DNA of 64,000 bases from Zancudomyces culisetae HAW-14-8 (Eukaryota; Fungi; Kickxellomycota). A model generated the notes under the pieces. That model was given only the letters and a program-made list of their open reading frames with translations. It was not told the origin of the DNA and did no database searches. The DNA lies in NCBI GenBank assembly GCA_052426225.1, contig JBNJNM010000012.1:2232001-2296000 (forward strand), read 5' to 3'. The translations under genes were made by a program, and so were the position numbers. This document shows positions 62,315-64,000 of the stretch, one piece after another. Positions within the stretch are counted from its first letter, which is position 1. Each line of letters starts with the position of its first letter.

Positions 62315-62587
62315 AAAAAGTTTCTGCGCACCCAGTAGCTCTGCTATCCCTCGACCGTTACGACGCGTGCGGTTTTCGCTGCTCTGTTGCCAGCCTGACG
62401 CGTTCCCCACATCTTTAATAGCCATGAGCACCCAGAAGCCTGCGCTAGGATGCCATTGCCAACGCCATACTTCGAGCGGACAGAGCCTCAAGTGCTGCTG
62501 TGCAAGACAGCATCTGACAGAAACATTAGGTTTTTAACAGCCCACCTCTTTGGCGAGGATTTTCAGGTGGATGCAACCCACCAGGCC
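62315..62587 (-). ncRNA. Signal recognition particle RNA (7SL/SCR1), about 270 nt
   Basis: On the minus strand: helix 8 SRP54-binding motif GTCAGG-CTG-GCAA-CAG-AGCAGC with a GNRA loop; a 5' Alu domain with hairpins GGTGG..CCACC and CCTC..GAGG; helix 5 pairing GTTTCTG/CAGAAAC; and a terminal TTTTT Pol III terminator. Confidence 0.9.
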
Positions 62588-62761
62588 GAAATAACACTGA
62601 AAATTCTGGATTTTATGGAATCAAAATTATGTTTAATAATAGATTATGGGGAAAAGCTTGGTTGTTTGTTAGTTTTTCATTTTTTAAATATGCAAAATAA
62701 TAAATTAGCAATAATTTGTGTGTCTGATAAGGTAACATTAACATTTTATGTGTAAATACCT

Positions 62762-62797
62762 AAAACAAAACAAAACAAAACAAAACAAAACAAAACA
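62762..62797. repeat. (AAAAC)n pentanucleotide repeat
   Basis: About 7 tandem AAAAC units. Confidence 0.9.
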
Positions 62798-62866
62798 ACA
62801 CAGGACATGCAAAAAAATATTAAAAATATAAAAGTGAGACTCAAAGCTAATAAACCCAGAAATACA

Positions 62867-64000
62867 CTACATCGGCAAAACCTTATACGGATTCAAGATC
62901 CCTTTAGGATCAAATACACACTTTACTTTTTTCATTATATCTATCACTTCCTGTGACTTGGAGTAAAATAGCTTACTGGGCTTAGCTACACCCAGTCCAT
63001 GCTCAGCTGAAATTGAACAGCCATTTTGTCTACACCACGAAAATATATACTCATTCAGCATAGCTCCAAATTCATCATTTTTAATTTCCGTAGCAACATT
63101 CAAATGAAGGTTCCCGTCACCCATATGTCCGAATCCCGTGATGTACCTGATATTGGGATTACACTCTTTAAGTAGTTTTGACGGTTCTGATCCCATAAAT
63201 TCGTTTTTTAATTTTCCCACAATGCTGTACATGATCTCTATTGGCATCGAAATATCATACATATGAACGTGAGAATATATATTAATACCCCTGATCATAC
63301 GCTCTCGTATTTGCCAAAACTTGTTAATCTGAGATTCATCTTGAGCTATAACACCATCTTGCACAAGAGATTTTTCCATGGCATCCTGAAAAAAACTTTC
63401 CAGCTTCTCGCGATCATGTAATGCATTAGAGCCACTTGTTTCAAGTAAAATATAAAAATTATGGTATTTCGCAGGAAATGGGTTCTGAATATTCAGATTC
63501 TCAACCACCAACTCTAGACTCTTTTGATCCCAAAATTCAAAAGCAGATATCACTTCATTCATCTTCTCCCTTGCAAATTTAAAAGTCGCTCTCACGTCTT
63601 CAAAAGAATCAAGTGCCAAAATTGAAACAGAGGTATGTTGTGGTCTTGGTTTTGTTAAGATTTTTACTGCTGCAACTATTCCCAGCGTTCCCTCAGCACC
63701 AATAAAAAGCTGGTTTGTATCAAATGTAACGACATTTTTATGTCCATGATGCAAGTTTGTAGAAAGTGTATCCAATATCGAACCATCAGGCAAAACCACC
63801 TCTAATCCTAAAACTGACTCATGTAAGGTCCCATACCGTATATAGCGCACGCCGCCAGCGTTGGTCGATACATTACCTCCTATATGACAGCTTCCCTTTC
63901 CCCCCAAATCAATCGGCATTATATACCCGTTCTCCTTCGCATAATCATCAAGGTGTTCCAAAATACATCCAGCGTCAGCTATCAAAACACCCGTTTCACT
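62867..64000 (-). CDS. FAD-linked D-2-hydroxyacid dehydrogenase, D2HGDH/Dld2-Dld3 family; 5' end outside the window
   Basis: Motifs DLGGKGSCHIGGNVSTNAGG, LGLEVVLPDG, LFIGAEGTLG, SAFEFWD, GHMGDGNLHLN, SISAEHGLG and FDPKGILNPYK. Confidence 0.93.
   Translation of the reverse strand, partial: SETGVLIADAGCILEHLDDYAKENGYIMPIDLGGKGSCHIGGNVSTNAGGVRYIRYGTLHESVLGLEVVLPDGSILDTLSTNLHHGHKNVVTFDTNQLFIGAEGTLGIVAAVKILTKPRPQHTSVSILALDSFEDVRATFKFAREKMNEVISAFEFWDQKSLELVVENLNIQNPFPAKYHNFYILLETSGSNALHDREKLESFFQDAMEKSLVQDGVIAQDESQINKFWQIRERMIRGINIYSHVHMYDISMPIEIMYSIVGKLKNEFMGSEPSKLLKECNPNIRYITGFGHMGDGNLHLNVATEIKNDEFGAMLNEYIFSWCRQNGCSISAEHGLGVAKPSKLFYSKSQEVIDIMKKVKCVFDPKGILNPYKVLPM

Noticed and set aside
62294-62755. 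ORFs 62294-62491 (-) and 62450-62755 (+)
   Set aside because: They are by-products of the GC-rich SRP RNA sequence and have no protein motifs.
18857-64000. Metabolic gene cluster (PFK, DBT, RKI1, GDH2, D2HGDH-like)
   Set aside because: The genes belong to different pathways, are interspersed with unrelated genes, and share no visible motif.

Overview
This is an AT-rich, intron-containing eukaryotic window from a fungus. The proteins, short GT-AG introns and CTAAC-type branch points suggest an early-diverging, non-Dikarya lineage such as Zoopagomycota/Harpellales; that placement is inference and was not checked by a search. About 21 protein genes could be assembled by hand, many across introns, in this order: Rvs161-like BAR protein, ferrochelatase, Mob1-family protein, PRMT1, COA5/Pet191, Slm1-like BAR-PH protein, Tho1/SARNP-like protein, PFK, BCKDH E2, ankyrin-DIL protein, U1A/U2B'', DUF4140/DUF4139 protein, TRAPPC12, FAM172/Arb2, RPI, an orphan RVxF protein, Sgf73, GDH2, an 8-Cys GPI protein, an S6K/Psk1-like kinase, a small ankyrin protein and a partial D2HGDH-family gene. 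There is a tRNA-Ser(AGA) with a 17-bp minisatellite just upstream. An SRP (7SL) RNA gene with a full Alu domain lies under spurious ORFs at about 62.3-62.6 kb. No transposon, CRISPR array or clear multi-gene novel system was found. The most interesting signals are the SRP RNA, a D2HGDH paralog with a remodelled hydrophobic substrate pocket, a FAM172/Arb2 pseudo-hydrolase, a SAP-less AT-hook Tho1, a GC-AG intron, and two unexplained hairpin-rich intergenic islands.
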